Positions 35,681 to 50,770 of a stretch of 64,000 nucleotides of DNA are shown here, in pieces. Both the position numbers and the translations under genes were made by a program. Location: contig CM120640.1 of assembly GCA_051362555.1 (NCBI GenBank), positions 22,430,225 to 22,494,224 of the forward strand, in the 5' to 3' direction. The notes beneath the pieces were generated by a model. It worked only from the letters and a program-made list of their open reading frames with translations, was not told the DNA's origin and searched no databases. Source of the DNA: Lingula anatina. Taxonomy: Eukaryota > Animalia > Brachiopoda. Position 1 is the stretch's first letter. Every line of letters begins with the position of its first letter.

Positions 35681-38600
35681 ACTATTTTTGTGATAATTCC
35701 AAATTGTTCAGTCCAGTCAAGACTAAATTTAATTTGATGGAATTTATGAGCTGAATATTTGCTTAATCATTGATTTCACATAAAAGTTTGGCATGGTTGT
35801 GTTCATATCTCTAAATTTTCTCTGATTTTAACTCTATGGCCTGCAAGTAAAAGGAGCTGTCTGAGCAATGAAAGGGACATCTGGAGTAGACCTATAGATA
35901 TATCTTAATGTTTAAGAACAACTTTAACAATATTCTGTCATACTAAGTTCACTGATATGAGTGTATGTCTGAAATGTCGATTTACTTATTTAATGTTCGT
36001 TTTTACTCTTGGAAAACTCCTGAAAGAATCTTAGATTAAGACAAGAAAAATTCTTGCCAATAATTCAAACAATTGTTATTTCCCCATACAAATATGAACT
36101 TTTTTCAACATATGAGGAATATGTGCAAATCTTCAATTAAATGATCAAAGAAAAATTGGCAGGAATTTCAATATTAAAACCATTCTTTAATTTCATATAT
36201 AATAGATCAGTGACATTACAGTCAAATTCAAATAAATATTTTCATTTCTTGCATAATCATACTAAGCAAGACAATTGGTTTCTCAAAATCATTGGTTCAC
36301 AAGATTTTAAATATAAATTCTTTTGTGAATAGTAATGATTTCAAATTTCTTTTATAACCACCTAACAACATTCCACCCAACATAATACAATTACAGCTTT
36401 TTCTTGCTAAGTTTGTTACAAATGTATATGTATTGCCACCTGCTTAATTGTGGAATAAATTTCTTGATTATCAGGTTCCTGTGTAGCCTTACTGGTGCCA
36501 TTATTTTGATTATTTTCCCAGGAAAAATTTTGTGGTGCTGTTGACTCTGCTTTAAGTAGGGGTGACAGCTGATGTTGCGAATGAGCAATAACATTGTATA
36601 AGTGGCCTGTGCATTCAACGCAAATCAAGTCCACAGCATTATGTAAAATGATCCCTTACAGAAAAACTGGACAAAAGTTCCTACACAAACAAATAGTTGT
36701 ACACTAAAATCTTTCATAACTTTCTTAGCTTTCTTAGAATGACCATGAATGGTGAGCAATAACAATCTGCAGCATTTGTAACTGGTTTTAATGCAAATTG
36801 TATTCCTCTTAGCACTACCATACTTTTGTTTTCCATTCTCCATGGAAATGACTTCCCAGCTTTTGGCACAGTGGTATTGTCACCACAGCCTGTGATACAG
36901 TAATGCAGTGATCAATGAATAACATCACTTAATGTTGGGGAAGGGAAGCCATGACAGTCCATTACAATATCTGATGCCTTTGCCATCTCATCAACATATA
37001 TATAAACTATCTGCAGTGATAATTATACCAACTCATGTTATCACATCTTCTCGTAGGACATAATGTGCCCACATGATTTACAGGTTTTATTATACGTATC
37101 ATTATCTTCATCATAAACCTCTTCCCCAAACTCGTGTTCATGGTTTCAGAGGTCCTTGGTCCACAAACTGCTGCGGACTGCTTTTCTGAGTGCTGAAAAG
37201 AAAACATACTTATATCCTTCATGGATTAATCATTGGCTATATCAAGAATTGATTATACAGGCTGGACAAGGAATCATATAAAGCAACATACTAACCATGG
37301 AACCTTGTTGTTTGCAACTGTAGACCTTTGGCTTTGCTACTTATAACCCAATATGCCAACTTATATTAAGCCGAAGTCAGCATATAAATGTTTTTAGTAT
37401 TTTGACAAAAAGCATAATTTGAGATCCATGTGAAACTCAACTTGGTTAAATAGTTCTAGGTAGGCTAAATCAAGGAGTCACAACAGAGTTGAAATTGTTG
37501 ACTTTAGATAATAGGATAATTGCAAAATTTATATGACTTGAATATTATTATTTTTTACCCTGCACTTTCTTGTCAAACATTTTCTGTTGTTGTTTCTCTC
37601 TATTTTCTGCTCTCCTTTCTTGTGCCTCCTCTAATATTTTCTTAATTCTGATCCTCACACTTGCATTGCACGGTTATATACCTGTGGAATAAACAAGGTT
37701 CCAAGTAATTACATTTTAAAGTTCTTTCTTGTGGGATCATGTGATCAAGTTTATTAGTCTTTATTAAATAAAAACATTTAATGAAAGGGGAGTATTTTCC
37801 CACCATAAAAGCCTGCACTTTTCTACTCCTAGTCTTACCAATCACTGCAAGAAAGGCAACATAAGGTGGTTTTGCTTATTTTTTAAGATATGTGAATGTA
37901 ACAGAAGGGAAACAATATCACAGACAAGAAAAATATATTGAGTACTATGACCAATGTTTTGGGCAGAACTGAATTTAATCACCTTTTTAAATACTGGTAG
38001 ATAAAATTTATGCTAGGAAGAATTTTTTAAATTCCAAGAATTAATCCTTATAAAGCTTAATTCAGCAGTATGAAAACTTACATCAGATTCTAAATACAAT
38101 TTCATTTCTCCCCACCTATTATTTTATATAATAAACTTCTCACTGGGTTCTCTTCTATCAAAGTCTGCATTTTTCAAAAGATATTTGTTTTTGGCATCTG
38201 TTTTAATTTGTAATCAAGCTGTGCTTTTCTTCATTATCCCTTCAACATTAAATGAAATAACTTGGTCAGGAACAAAGTACACATTCATGAGTGTCATATG
38301 AACACAAGTCTTTCCAATAAGAAAGTGTAAATTGAACATTTTTACTTTTAAAATCTTTATATATCATCTACCCAACAAGAAGTCCTTAAGATCTACTAGT
38401 AGTCCTCAAAACTCACAAACATGGACATATGCCTCTAAATCCTTTAGTCAAGAATATGCAGTTTATATCATCTGAGATCTCTATAATGAAAATCAAATCA
38501 ACAAAATACTTCAGAGATAATTGCATTCAATGATTCATCATATACAAACTCTTCAAAATGACTGTAGAGTAATGAATCCATAAATTCTTTACTACATTCA

Positions 38601-39020
38601 TTGCAGATCAGGAGGTATGTGCTTATCACTGGAGCTGATAAAAGAGAACATGATTATCTGTACAAAAAGAATTTGTGTTCAATGTCTGTCTTCAAAAGTT
38701 CAATGATGATGCATTATAAACTATATAAAATACAATATAATATAATATATAATACAATATAATAATATTTATTATGATATAATAATATTATTTATTTATT
38801 CATTTATTTATTATGGAAAGTAAGCAAGCAAAATGATGTGATAAAAAAATAAAATAAAATAAAATAAAAGTAGTATGGTACTAGTACTAGAATTAAACTA
38901 ACATCCAATGTTTTGTATAGCTGTCAACCAACAGCGGTATAGCATTTTTATTGAGGACTCTTAGGCATAACACAGTTTAAGAATTTTTATCATCCAGTGA
39001 CGGTAATGATCGAGTGCCGG

Positions 39021-40663
39021 TGTACCATGAAAATCTGACTCCCCTAAAATGTGACTCCCCAGTCAGATTTTCATTATGAAAATGTGACTCCCCAGTCAGA
39101 TTTTCATAATGAAAATCTGACTCCCCCTATGAAATTTTGACTTCCCCCCAAAAAAACATTCATAAATCTTATTTTATTTTGAGTATATGACTGTGATCCT
39201 GTAGCATGTAAAATGGTTGATAGATTGGCACATTTTTGTAGTTTGCAGTGAAATTTTTCATAAAAAAATGAGAAAATTAAAAATGTGCACATAATGAAAA
39301 TCTGACTCCCCCATGAAAATTTGACTCCCCTACAAAAAACATTTATTAATCTCTAATTAATTTAGTATATGACTGTGATCCTGTAGCATGTAAAATTGTT
39401 GATACATTGGCACAATTTTTGTAGTTTGCAGTGAAAATTTTAATGAAAAAATGAGAAAATTAAAAATGTGCACATAATAAAAATCTGACTCCCCCATGAA
39501 AATCTGACTCCCCCTCCACAAAACTTCATAAATCTTATTTTATTTTGAGTATATGACTGTGATCTTGTAGTATGGAAAATGGATGATACATTGGCACATT
39601 TTTTGTAGTTTGCAGTGAAAATTTTAATGAAAAAATAAGAAAATTGAAAATGTGCACATGGTTAAAAAATTGAGAGAAAAAAAGGAATAAAACACATGAA
39701 AATAAGAAAAATTAATGATTTGTTTTCTAACACCAAATGGCATCAAACTTTCAAATAATGACAAAATATCCATCTCTATGCAAACTATGTGGAAAACAGT
39801 GGTATGTGACTGAATATAAAATAGGTCCTTTTCTCCATGGGAGTCCAAATCTCATGGGTGTAAAAATAAAGATTTTCATGATTTCTTTTTCATGCTTTCA
39901 CTATTTTATCATCAAACCTTTAAATATTTCCAATATATTTTTCATAAAGTATCCTAAAAGAAAAGGTGTTGAAATGATCATCAAATATTAAATATCTTTT
40001 TCATAGGGGAGACAATAGGCGATTAAGTGGACATTTTTAATTTTCTTATTTTTTCATTAAAATTTTCACTGCAAACTACAAAAAATGTGCCAATGTATCA
40101 ACTATTTTACTTACTACAAGATCACAGACATATACCCAAAATAAAATAAGATTTATAAAGTTTTATGATGGGGGAGTAAAATTTTCATGGGGGAGTCAGA
40201 TTTTCATTTTGTGCACATTTTTAATTTTCTTTATTTTTCATTAAAATTTTCACCTTCAAACTACAAAAATGTGCCAATGTATCCTCCATTTACATACTAC
40301 AAGATCACAGATATATACCCAAAATAAAACAAGATTAATAAAGTTTTATGATGGGGGAGTCAAATTTTCACGGGGGAGTCAGATTTTCATTATGTGCACA
40401 TTTTTATTTTTCTTATTTTTTCATTTGAATTTTCACTGCAAACTACAAAAAATGTGCCAACGTATCATCCATTTTACATACTACAAGATCACAGTCAAAT
40501 ACTCAAATAATATAAGATGTATGAAGTTTTGTGGTGGGGGAGTCAAATTTTCATGCGGGGAGTCAGATTTTCATTATGAAAATCTGACTGGGGAGTCACA
40601 TTTTCATAATGAAAATCTGACTGGGGAGTCACATTTTCATGGGAGTCAGATTTTCATGTTACA
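39021..40663. mobile_element. Non-autonomous Ginger-like foldback DNA transposon (1643 bp)
   Basis: Termini TGTACCATGAAAATCTGACTCCC / GGGAGTCAGATTTTCATGTTACA; 4-bp TSD CCGG (39017-39020, 40664-40667); ~630-bp inverted arms built from ~183-bp tandem units; empty site GTG-CTGG-TAG at ~11312 in copy 1. Confidence 0.85.
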
Positions 40664-41248
40664 CCGGTAAAGGATTACTTTAGCAGTTTATTTGCCTTTA
40701 TTACATTGTTTATAACATGTGACTGTTGATTTAAAAGGGTACTTCAAGAAGCTTTTAGTGTAACAAAAAGTTATTTGAATATTAATCAGTGATAATAATT
40801 ATTTGGTATTTAATAATCAGGGCTATGCAAATATTTCAACAAGGCTTAAGTGAATGATAATTAGGCTAAACTAAATGTTTCTTCAAGTATTTTACAGCAC
40901 GGGCGTATGCTTTTTGTTAATATTGGAGCTTGGCACTTCTTGAATGATATTTAAAAAAATTAGTATCTTTGCTTGCAACTTTGGATAGCAACTTTAAACA
41001 GAGAAGAACGTACATGTCAAAGTGATAATAATTATATAGATTGTTCCTTCCCACTCATTCAAAATCTCAAAAAGTATCTCTAAATACAATAAAAAAAGCC
41101 TATACATGTGTATATAGAATCGTAATTTTTAGATAAGTCACATATGCTGCCCCAGGGCAAACCCACATCATTACTGTAAACAATAAAATCTGTTCGTAAA
41201 AAACTCAAATCAGAAATCAGAAACACGTAGACCCCTTTGCTGTAACTG

Positions 41249-41380
41249 CCAATCTGATTGTGACTCCGCCCAGAGAAGGCAGAGCTATGTAATTTTAAAA
41301 CACGGCTGACGTCTCCATTCTCGCGTTGCAACGTCCTACTTCACTTCCCCATTTCATAATGGCGAATTACTTTCGCTTTG
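41249..41380 (+). promoter_or_regulatory. Duplicated promoter of copy 2
   Basis: CCAAT, CTCCGCCC, TGACGTC and an identical IRF-like ACTTTCGCTTTG (41369-41380) are retained; the TATA-like box is altered. Confidence 0.55.
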
Positions 41381-41416
41381 ACTTAATGGATCGAAAGCAT
41401 TTGGGATTTTCTCGCA

Positions 41417-44400
41417 ATGGCGGAGTTTGTTTTGCGTGAAAAGGCGATCGTCGTAAAAACTGACCAACCGCAAGAACTAGATCAACTGATCATATACTTC
41501 CAAAGCCACCACCAAAGCGATGGGGGCGATGTAAATGAACAGCAGTCTCGAGTTTCGGATTGTGATTCAGGCACAGCAATCATTTGTTTTGAAGAGAAGG
41601 AAAGTTAGTATAATTATCGCCAGATTCTGTTTAAAACGAAAGAGAGTTCATCAGTAGCTGGATTTTAATGCAGTAACGACAAAATGACCTTTTTGGTGTA
41701 AAGAAAAGTTCGCTGGTTTGGCCTGCATGATTGGATCTGATTGCCAGTGGATAATTATTATTATTATTATTATTATTACTATTTTTGCAAAGGAAAGGGA
41801 GCTCAAATAGATATAAATGTACAGATGTTTCATGCTTTCTTTAGTCAATTTAAAGGTAGACGTGACGTAGTGAGAGACATGAAACCCCTGATGAGCTAAT
41901 TAATTTTCGTCATGTGATATATATCTAGGAATTCCCCGTTCTACTTCCGCCTTGCATGTTGAACCGGAGCTGCTACGTGCATCGTTCACGTTTCTTCTTT
42001 TTGGCATATGATTCGAAAAACTTCTTTAGGGATTTACTGGGGTAAACGGGGGATTTTCCCATACGTAATTACCAATATTGTCCATGAATCCATTAATACT
42101 TTGTACATTCAAAGTAAGTACATGTACAGTACAATGTACATGTACATTCACGTGTACCACTGCACACGGATTTTTTTCTTATTAAGCTAGAGACTTAAAA
42201 TTTGGTACACAGATATCCACAATTTTGACCCTGAATGTTTTTTATTTTTAATCCATTTTGTTAAGATCAAAAGTTATTCAAGTTTTAGTGAGACTGTGTC
42301 TATCAATTTTTCAGATGCCTCTTGAGTCAAAAGTTGTCCAACTTGATTTCACTCCCTAAATAATGTCATTACATAGAAACTCTTAATATACCGCATAGAG
42401 GAGCTGTATGTGAACACTCAATTTAAATATTTATACTAGGATTTTTATGTTTGTGAATTACAAGTGGGCAAAGTGATAGAATTTTCAGCCACAGGTGCTT
42501 GCAAAAAAAGAAAAAAAAGATAAATAAAATTTAAAAAAATAATAATAAATAAATTTATTTATCATTTAAAAATAAATAAATAAATAGATAGATAAATTAG
42601 ATTAAAAAATACAATTTGATACAATCATAAAGCAATTTGTCCAAATTTCACCAAAAATCAGATGCTGGTCAAGAACTTGAGTTATAAGTCCTTGTTCTTC
42701 TTTGTAGCAGATATTTTGTCTTGCTGAACTTTGCCAAATTAAAAAAAATAAGTTAAAACGTTTGCCATTACAAATTTCACTTTCAGACTATTCTTGGATT
42801 GTCAAAATAGTACCCAAAAGGAAGATCCAGCTGTTATCAATTATGTGCCAATATACACTTGTTCCCTGTGCATTTGTAGTTGAGACAGCAATGTACATGT
42901 AAGAACGGGTTGAAATCTGATACTCTGGGGACAGCTTTTATGGCCGTTCATGAAATTGAACAACTAGCGCCACCATTTTCTGTCAGTGGTTTCTAGCTAC
43001 TAGTCCATAGTTTTTTCTAAAGAGTTTGTGTTTTTATTTAATAATTTCTTAAAAGTCATGCATTATATTTACATTTTTGATATCTACTGTATGTGCTAGT
43101 ATATAGGTAACACATATAAAAGATGTAGGTTTAAAATGTTATAAAACACATATTTACCTACATGGGTAACAGGTCAGACTTTTGTACCATTCATAAAATG
43201 TCCGCTAATAAAGGATGAAGACAGCAGAAAATTGATATTTGTAGGTTCTACATTTAGTTCAGAAAATAAAGAACACATTTATACAATTTGCTTCTAGCTG
43301 CAAGGAGAGTGTTAGCAAAGCAGGAACATCATTTTGTTGGTGTGAGTGGCATCCCATGTCAACTAACTGTGGAGCCATATGCAGGATCCAAGTACTCACC
43401 AGCTGGTGTGGGTTTTAAATCTAATAAAGAGGAGGTAAACGTACCTGAACTTACTAATGGCACTATCAAATGAACAGACAAATAGAATAGACAATTTGTA
43501 ATAAAAATACTTATTAGTGATGTAACAATAACTTTAATTAATTCCCATTGAAAAAAACTTTCACACAAATTTTCACACAACCCCTTATTGCTTATGATGT
43601 TATATTGTTCGTAGCAATAAGCAGCCTTTTTCTTTCTCATTTATCCACATTTTAGTAAGGTTTTGTAATCTTGAAAGTCTAGTTTAATGAACATTCTGCT
43701 AGTATTGTAATTGTCGTTGAACATTTAAAGATGCATACAAAGTCAATTTTTGTCACAAAAACCAACCAAATACCAGAATATAGTTTCAAGTAGTATAACT
43801 AAGAGAATTACCAAAAAGCATTGTTTAATCTTACCCAAAAATGCTGTTTGAATGGATTTGTCTGCTAGCATTCTATGCTGTACTCAGTATGTCAAAGGGG
43901 CAGAAAAGTAGGTCACAAAAGTAGGTTAAATTTTCGACCAAAAAATTTAAAGAAAGGAGCAGTCTGAAGCTCTTTTATGACTGATCGAGTGATCTATTCA
44001 GTTTATCCCTTGGAATGTCAAATTTATTTGAGACGTATAAGAAAGTAGTAGAAGTAGTTTACATGTGTTACTGGGAATCCACGCTCCACTGATGCTCAGT
44101 TCGTATCTACCTTTAAATTAAGTTTCTTAAAATTTCAGATCATGCCAGGAGCTGTTGATGCCAGGGAAGGAGCAACTGCTGGTCCCAGTCAGCTGTTACC
44201 AGACCCCGAAACAGCAGGCACACAAGCAGAGAATGCTAGCACAGTAGCTGACAATAAACCATCTTCACCCAAGGAAACCCTTGACAAGCCTGAGATCCAA
44301 CCACCCTCACAGCCAGAAGAAAGGTTTCAACACCAGCAGCCTCCAATTCAGATCCCAAGTGAACATCAGTACCATCATACCGACAGTGCTAAATCACATG

Positions 44401-47400
44401 CAGCTCAGCAGTCACCTGAGAATAAGAACATTATTTCTGAAAGATCAGTCACTGCAGAAGCCATCGGCATGCAAAGCAACATGAATAGTGGTCATGTACC
44501 AACAGAGCAGCCACAGCTGCCTACAGGATGTACTTCTGAGACTCTTAAAGCAGCCAGCGACAGTCCAGTCAATGTTGCATACCAGGGAGCAAGCTATCCC
44601 CCACCCACATCCAGTGCATACATCCCATATGGCTATGGAGCAGTGCACCCACATCCTCCTCAGCCGTTTTACCCATATCATCAGGTAAAGATTCTCTTTG
44701 TTCATATTGAGTTAATAAAGTAACAATAACTTCACCAGTTCCCTTTGAAAAACCTTTGATTTTCAAACAACTTCAAATTTTCCTTGTGATATGTCATATT
44801 GTTCATGACAATAAGCAGCCTTTTTCTTCCTCATTTATCCACAATTTAGTAAGGATTTTAAATTTTGAAAGTCAAGTTTAATTAACATTTTATTATATTG
44901 TAGTTATAGTTGAACATTATAATTTAGTTTCTAAAATGTTCAGATCATGCCAGGAGCCCCTGATGCCAGGGTAGAAACAACTGTCAGTCCCAGTCAGCAG
45001 TTACCAAACCCAGAAACAACAGCCACACAAGCAGAGAATGCTAGCACAGTAGCTGACAATAAACCATCTTCACCCAAAGAAACCCTTGACAAGCCTGAGA
45101 TGCAACCACCCTCACAGGAAGGTGAAAGATTTCAACACCAGCAGCCTCCAATTCAGAGCCCAGGCCAACCTCAGTACCATGATACTGACAGTGCTAATTC
45201 ATATGCAGCTCAGCAGTCACCTGAGCATAAGAACACTTCTGAAAGATCAGTCACTGCAGAAGCCATCAGCATGCAAAGCAACAGGAGTAATGGTCATGTA
45301 CCAACAGAGCAGCCACCACTGCCTACAGGAAGTACTTCTGAGACTCTTAAAGCAACCAGCAACACTCCAGTCAATGTTGCATACCAGGGAGCAAGCAATC
45401 CCCCACCCACATCCAGTGCATATGTGCCCTATGGCTATGGAGCAGTGCACCCAGAAAGCACAGGGAAAACATCAAATCATAATGAAGTTTATGGAGGATA
45501 TCCTCCTCAGCCATTTTACCCATACCATCAACCTATGCCTGGAATGCCAACTGGTTATACCTACATCAATGGATTGTGGTATCCGATCCCTCAGCGTAAT
45601 GATGTGCAGTCACAGCAAAGCATACCACCTGCCCCACAGTATGGCCAACATATGCCCCAAGATCGTCAGAATGCTGCCCACATGTACAGTTGCATGCAAC
45701 ACAGTGGCCAAGGGTTTAGTCCCTATATGATGCAACCAACAGGAAATCACCCACGCAAACAGAATAACCCACACATGGTCCAACAACAACAAAACATAGG
45801 TTTCCATAATAGCCAGCATCCCTCTCAAGAAGCACAACATTTTGGATTCCATGGTGCCAGACAGCCACAAAATCCCACAGATCCTGGTTTCATTTACAGC
45901 AGGCATTTTACAGAGCAACAGCAGAATTCTGGTTCTTCTGAAAATTGGCCATTCACTCGGAAACCACCGCATTTTGACTCCAGAGCTATGCCTGAGCAAC
46001 AACTAAACAAAGATGTCCATGATAGCCAGCATCCCTCTCAAGAAGCACAACATTTTGGATTTCATGGCGTCGGACATTTTCCCAGGAAGCCACGACATCC
46101 CGTATATCCCAGTTCCATTTATACCCAGCTACAGCAGAATTCTGGTTCCTCTGAAAACAAGTCACTTACTCAGAAACCACCACATTTTGACTCAAATGAT
46201 GTCAGAGCTATGTCTGAGCAACCACAGGATGTAAGAACCCAAAATGCCCCTAATGTGTCTCCACAACAAGAACATACATTGAGAACACCAGCTCAGGGCG
46301 TTTTTGCTTCTGAAAACTCTGCTGTTGAAGGTAAGGATAACACCATCTTTGTATTTGTGCATATTTAGCTCAATTCATGATGTTTGTATTTGACTTAATA
46401 GAAATCTTCATAGTAGTATGAATAAATGTAATCTTGTTTTCTGTAAGATCTTTATTGATGGAGATTGTTATCATTTTTGGTGAAAAAAGATGCTGGTTGT
46501 AACATGCTTCATAGAGGGCATTTCCAGAGATTTAGATTGATCTTACTAGATCGACCTAACTCCCTAACGACCTAACTCCCTTGGGGTTCACGCTAAATTG
46601 CAGTCAGCCGACCCAGTTAATTACCCCCTTACAGCTTGTAGTAGGCGGGACGGACATTTAAGCTGGATTATCTGATAGTAATCTAGTGAGACTCCCCACG
46701 GGGATAGATTGATCTAAAATCTATGGGAATGCGCCCATGGTCTATTCAAAACTCCCCTTTATACAACCACCACTTGTATGAGGTTTCTTTAAGCATTGAT
46801 TGTGCTAGGTACGGTATTATGCTGAGGTGCATTTTTAGACTTGAATATTTTGAATGGGCCAAGCAAGCGTTTGGTTTATTCTCATCTATTTGATTTTGTT
46901 TTACTTAGAACCTACCATGCCATCTGTAGAACAGTCCAGTGAAGCCACCACAAGTCAGCAGTTAGGGGTGTTAGTACAAGGCATTGGGACAGACATCAGT
47001 AAGGACCACTTGGAGATGTATTTTGAAAGTGAAAAGAGGAGTGGTGGTGGTCCAATAGAAGACCTAGATTACACACCTGGCACTGGCAAAGCTATCATCC
47101 ATTTCAAATATGCCAGGGGTGAGTTTGACCAGAGAGTTATTTTGTGAAGCTAAGTCATAAAATAAATTATAATGAATATAATTGCTATGAAACCTAACTG
47201 TTCTTATTAGAACTGTGCATTCAATTTGGTATTATTTGGTACAAAACTGTACACCTTTGGCTGGGGGTCTTGAAGCTTCTCTAATCCATTTATTCAAATA
47301 CGCCTGGAGTTTCTGAACCCACTAGCATCAGAGTGACTTGACCTTCAAATGAATATGAAGTCCCTTTCTGTGACCCAAATCTCTGTTGGCTGGATTTAAA

Positions 47401-50400
47401 CAAAACATCCAAGTTATTCTGCATTTTTACATATTTTAGTGGCTGGTAGGTTAGTTGAAAGAGGAACTGTGACAATGAGGAATTCAATTCTAAACATCAG
47501 CTGGCTGCCAGAACCTAATGATGCATGCACAGTCATTGTGACTGGGATCCAGCATAACACAACTGAGGATGCTTTAAGATTGTACTTTGAAAATGAAAAG
47601 CGTAGTGGTGCCCAAGGGTACAAAGATTTGCAGTATTCTGAAGGAAGTGGACAGGCTTTGGTCACATTTGAAAGTCCAGAGGGTAAGTTTTATACCAGTC
47701 AGAATATTAAAGCTGTATTTCTTAGATTTTATACTTTATGAGCTTTAAACATACTTATATTTTTAAATTCTAAATTCAGGTGCTGACAACTTTGTGAAGG
47801 CAGGAACAGGGAAGTCACCATTAGATGGAGCCACTTTACAGATTGCTTGGCCTATCACTGAGGATGCAGTTGCCACCAATCAAACAGGAAATGGTCAAGC
47901 CACTGTCCTGGTCTCTGGAATCAAAACTTCTACAAGAGAGGAGACATTGAAGATGTATTTTGAGAGTCAACGTCGAAGTGGAGGTGGTCCTGTGAAGAAA
48001 TTAGTATACAAAGAAGGCAGTGGACAGGCAGAAATCACTTTTGAGGAAGCTGAGGGTAAATCATCTTCCAATTATAAAAAGGTTTTTTAAAAAGTAAATT
48101 TCTTGTATATATACTGCACTCTGCTGCATATTATTGTGGTCTAAAATAGATAACAATATGTCTGGCCTTTTTTGTCCAGATAAAGGGTACTGTAAGGGTT
48201 TATTATCATCCAAATGCCGAAAATGAGTTGTTTTTCCTGCATCTAATTATTCAATAATGCATCTACCTTTGTACTGATTTTAAACAGTAAAAATCCCTTT
48301 GAAATATGTGAAATATTGGTTGAATTGGAACTTTGGGCATTGACCATTGTCAAGTGCAACTAGAGGATCAGAGAGGCAGTACTGTCTCCGGATATTGTAC
48401 CACCAGCTGGAGCAAGCGTATTCGTATGGAAAACCAAAAAAAAGGGACACCACTATTGTCAAGTGCAATAACTCTTCCCTCTGATGTTTGACAGCCAAAA
48501 TATTGACAAAAAGAAAGTGCCAAATGGCATTTTTACTGTTATATTTACCTTTTTTTTTTTTGTAAATATGCAGGTTACTAACATTGATCATCATGATCAG
48601 ATTATTTTTCTAAAGCAACCCAGCAGGCATAGTTGCGTTGGATCAACGTTGAAAACAGGTTGATACGTTGAATTGCCGTTGATCTACCGAAATTCAACGT
48701 AATATCAACGTTGATCCAGCCACGTTGACTCAACGTTGTATTTTGGTCAATGACACAACCTTGCAGTTATGGATTGTAATTTAAAATATTAATTATTGAA
48801 AACGTGATACTTTGTTTATCAATACTGTATCTAAATTTATCAAAATAATAACAATGGTTTTAAAGTAAAAGTGACAGTTGTTTTGTGTCTTTAGTTAACT
48901 ATTGAATTTTCTTAACTTGTTATTCAGAAATACATTCCAATAAACTGAATTGCTTGCAAGGTCAGCTAACACTAGGATGAATAAGTTGCTGTAAAAGTGA
49001 TAGAGTTAACAGTTCTTGGTAACCTGTTATAGATAGACAGGTTGAGGTGACTGTGACCTTGTTACATATATATATATATATATATTAATCTGTACCTTGG
49101 AAATTTTAACTTAAAGGCCATACATTTATACCCTATATTTAGCCATCAAACATGTCCTACTGCTAAACACATCCATGATCCAAGCAAATTTCCCGCTGGG
49201 TGGGGTTGATATAACATTGTTTTCTGACTTTGATTCAACGTTGTTATCTGAGGTTGACATAACTTTCAAATCCAACGTTTATTCAATGTCCTTTCAACGT
49301 TATGGTTCAACGTTGTTTCAACGTTAAAACAACATAATTTGCCTGCTGGGAATTTTTTGTATATATTTTCAAAATGTTTGCCCCAAAAGTACTAAACTGA
49401 ATTTTAGTTTTGCTGATAGGTTTTGATAAAAATCAGATTATTTTTACAAATGCCTTTTTTTTGTTTTAACATATTTTTGTTGTTTGGTACCTGTGCATTT
49501 ACCAGCTTTGCTGTTTAGTTGATACTTCTAATGGAAAGTGAGAAAATACTGAAGATTTGTGATAATATTTGCATAGTATATAGGTACAGAGAAATTCTTA
49601 TTAAAATATGGAAACTGACACGAAAACTAAAATGCACATTTAACTTTCTTTCAGATGCTGCCAGTGTTCTGAGAAAATCTAAAGAAATGGCTCTCCAACT
49701 TGAGGGTGAAAAGTTGAAGGTTGTGACATCTTGTCCAATACTTGTACCCATGAATCCAAAACTTTTGCTCTTTTCAAACCTAGTTCTATACACACCAAGC
49801 CTAAAATCCACCTTGATGTTGTACTTGGAAAATATCTCTGGGGTAGATGGAAAAGACATCACTCTTATGTATGGTGAAAACCCAAGGGTCCTTTTGGTGA
49901 AATTTTCAATAGATATTGGTAAGCTTAGAGTTCTGTCTACCTGATTGATGGAATTCCCATTGATAGAAAGGTTGATAAATTTGATTTTGGGCTTAAACTG
50001 ACAAGTACATGTACTTTGTTGTTGGCATACATATTAATTGGTGAATTATTTGAGTGATTTATTGTTGTAAATTTAGTAAGTCTATTACTACACCATATTT
50101 TGTAATGGTACTTACAGAATATTTATAAGTTATCAAAATTCTCTATAGCTTTTAGAAATAGATTTATAGGTTAAAGAAGAGATAATTATATTAAATGTTG
50201 ATCATGATATTATAATTAGCTCTTGAATGAATTCTAACTACACAGCGCAGATACACTGTAACAACACATTATGAATAATTGTATAAATTGTTTAACTTAT
50301 GAAAAATTGTATTAATTGTCCAGTATATATATTCCTTTTTAGATTTTGCATCATTTAAAGAGAAATGCATGGAGAGAAGAGTAAAAGGCAGAGATGTTAG

Positions 50401-50688
50401 TTTGGGTAAATTCAACATAGAACCTGTCTCATATCCAACTGCTGTTCAAGCACATGGTTTAAAAGGAACTACTACCGAATCCATCATTCAGCTGCACTTT
50501 GAGAAACTTGGGTGTAGCTGTAAAGTGAATATGGTTTTCAAAAACAGAACCAGAGTGGCTGTGATTACTTTTGATGATTACAGAGGTGATTATTGTTATT
50601 GAATGGATATTTTTTTATGAAATAAAAATGCAGGTACATGTAACATCATGCATTTGACAATTAGGTACATTTTTTGTAGTGGATGAAA

Positions 50689-50770
<82 letters not shown>

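Noticed and set aside
36391-37260. Overlapping minus-strand ORFs with faint IQ-motif-like words
   Set aside because: Broken frames, no convincing splice structure or family match; could be an old pseudogene but is unsupported.
40269-40670. 133-aa ORF and neighbouring short ORFs
   Set aside because: Translations of the Ginger-like element's tandem repeats.
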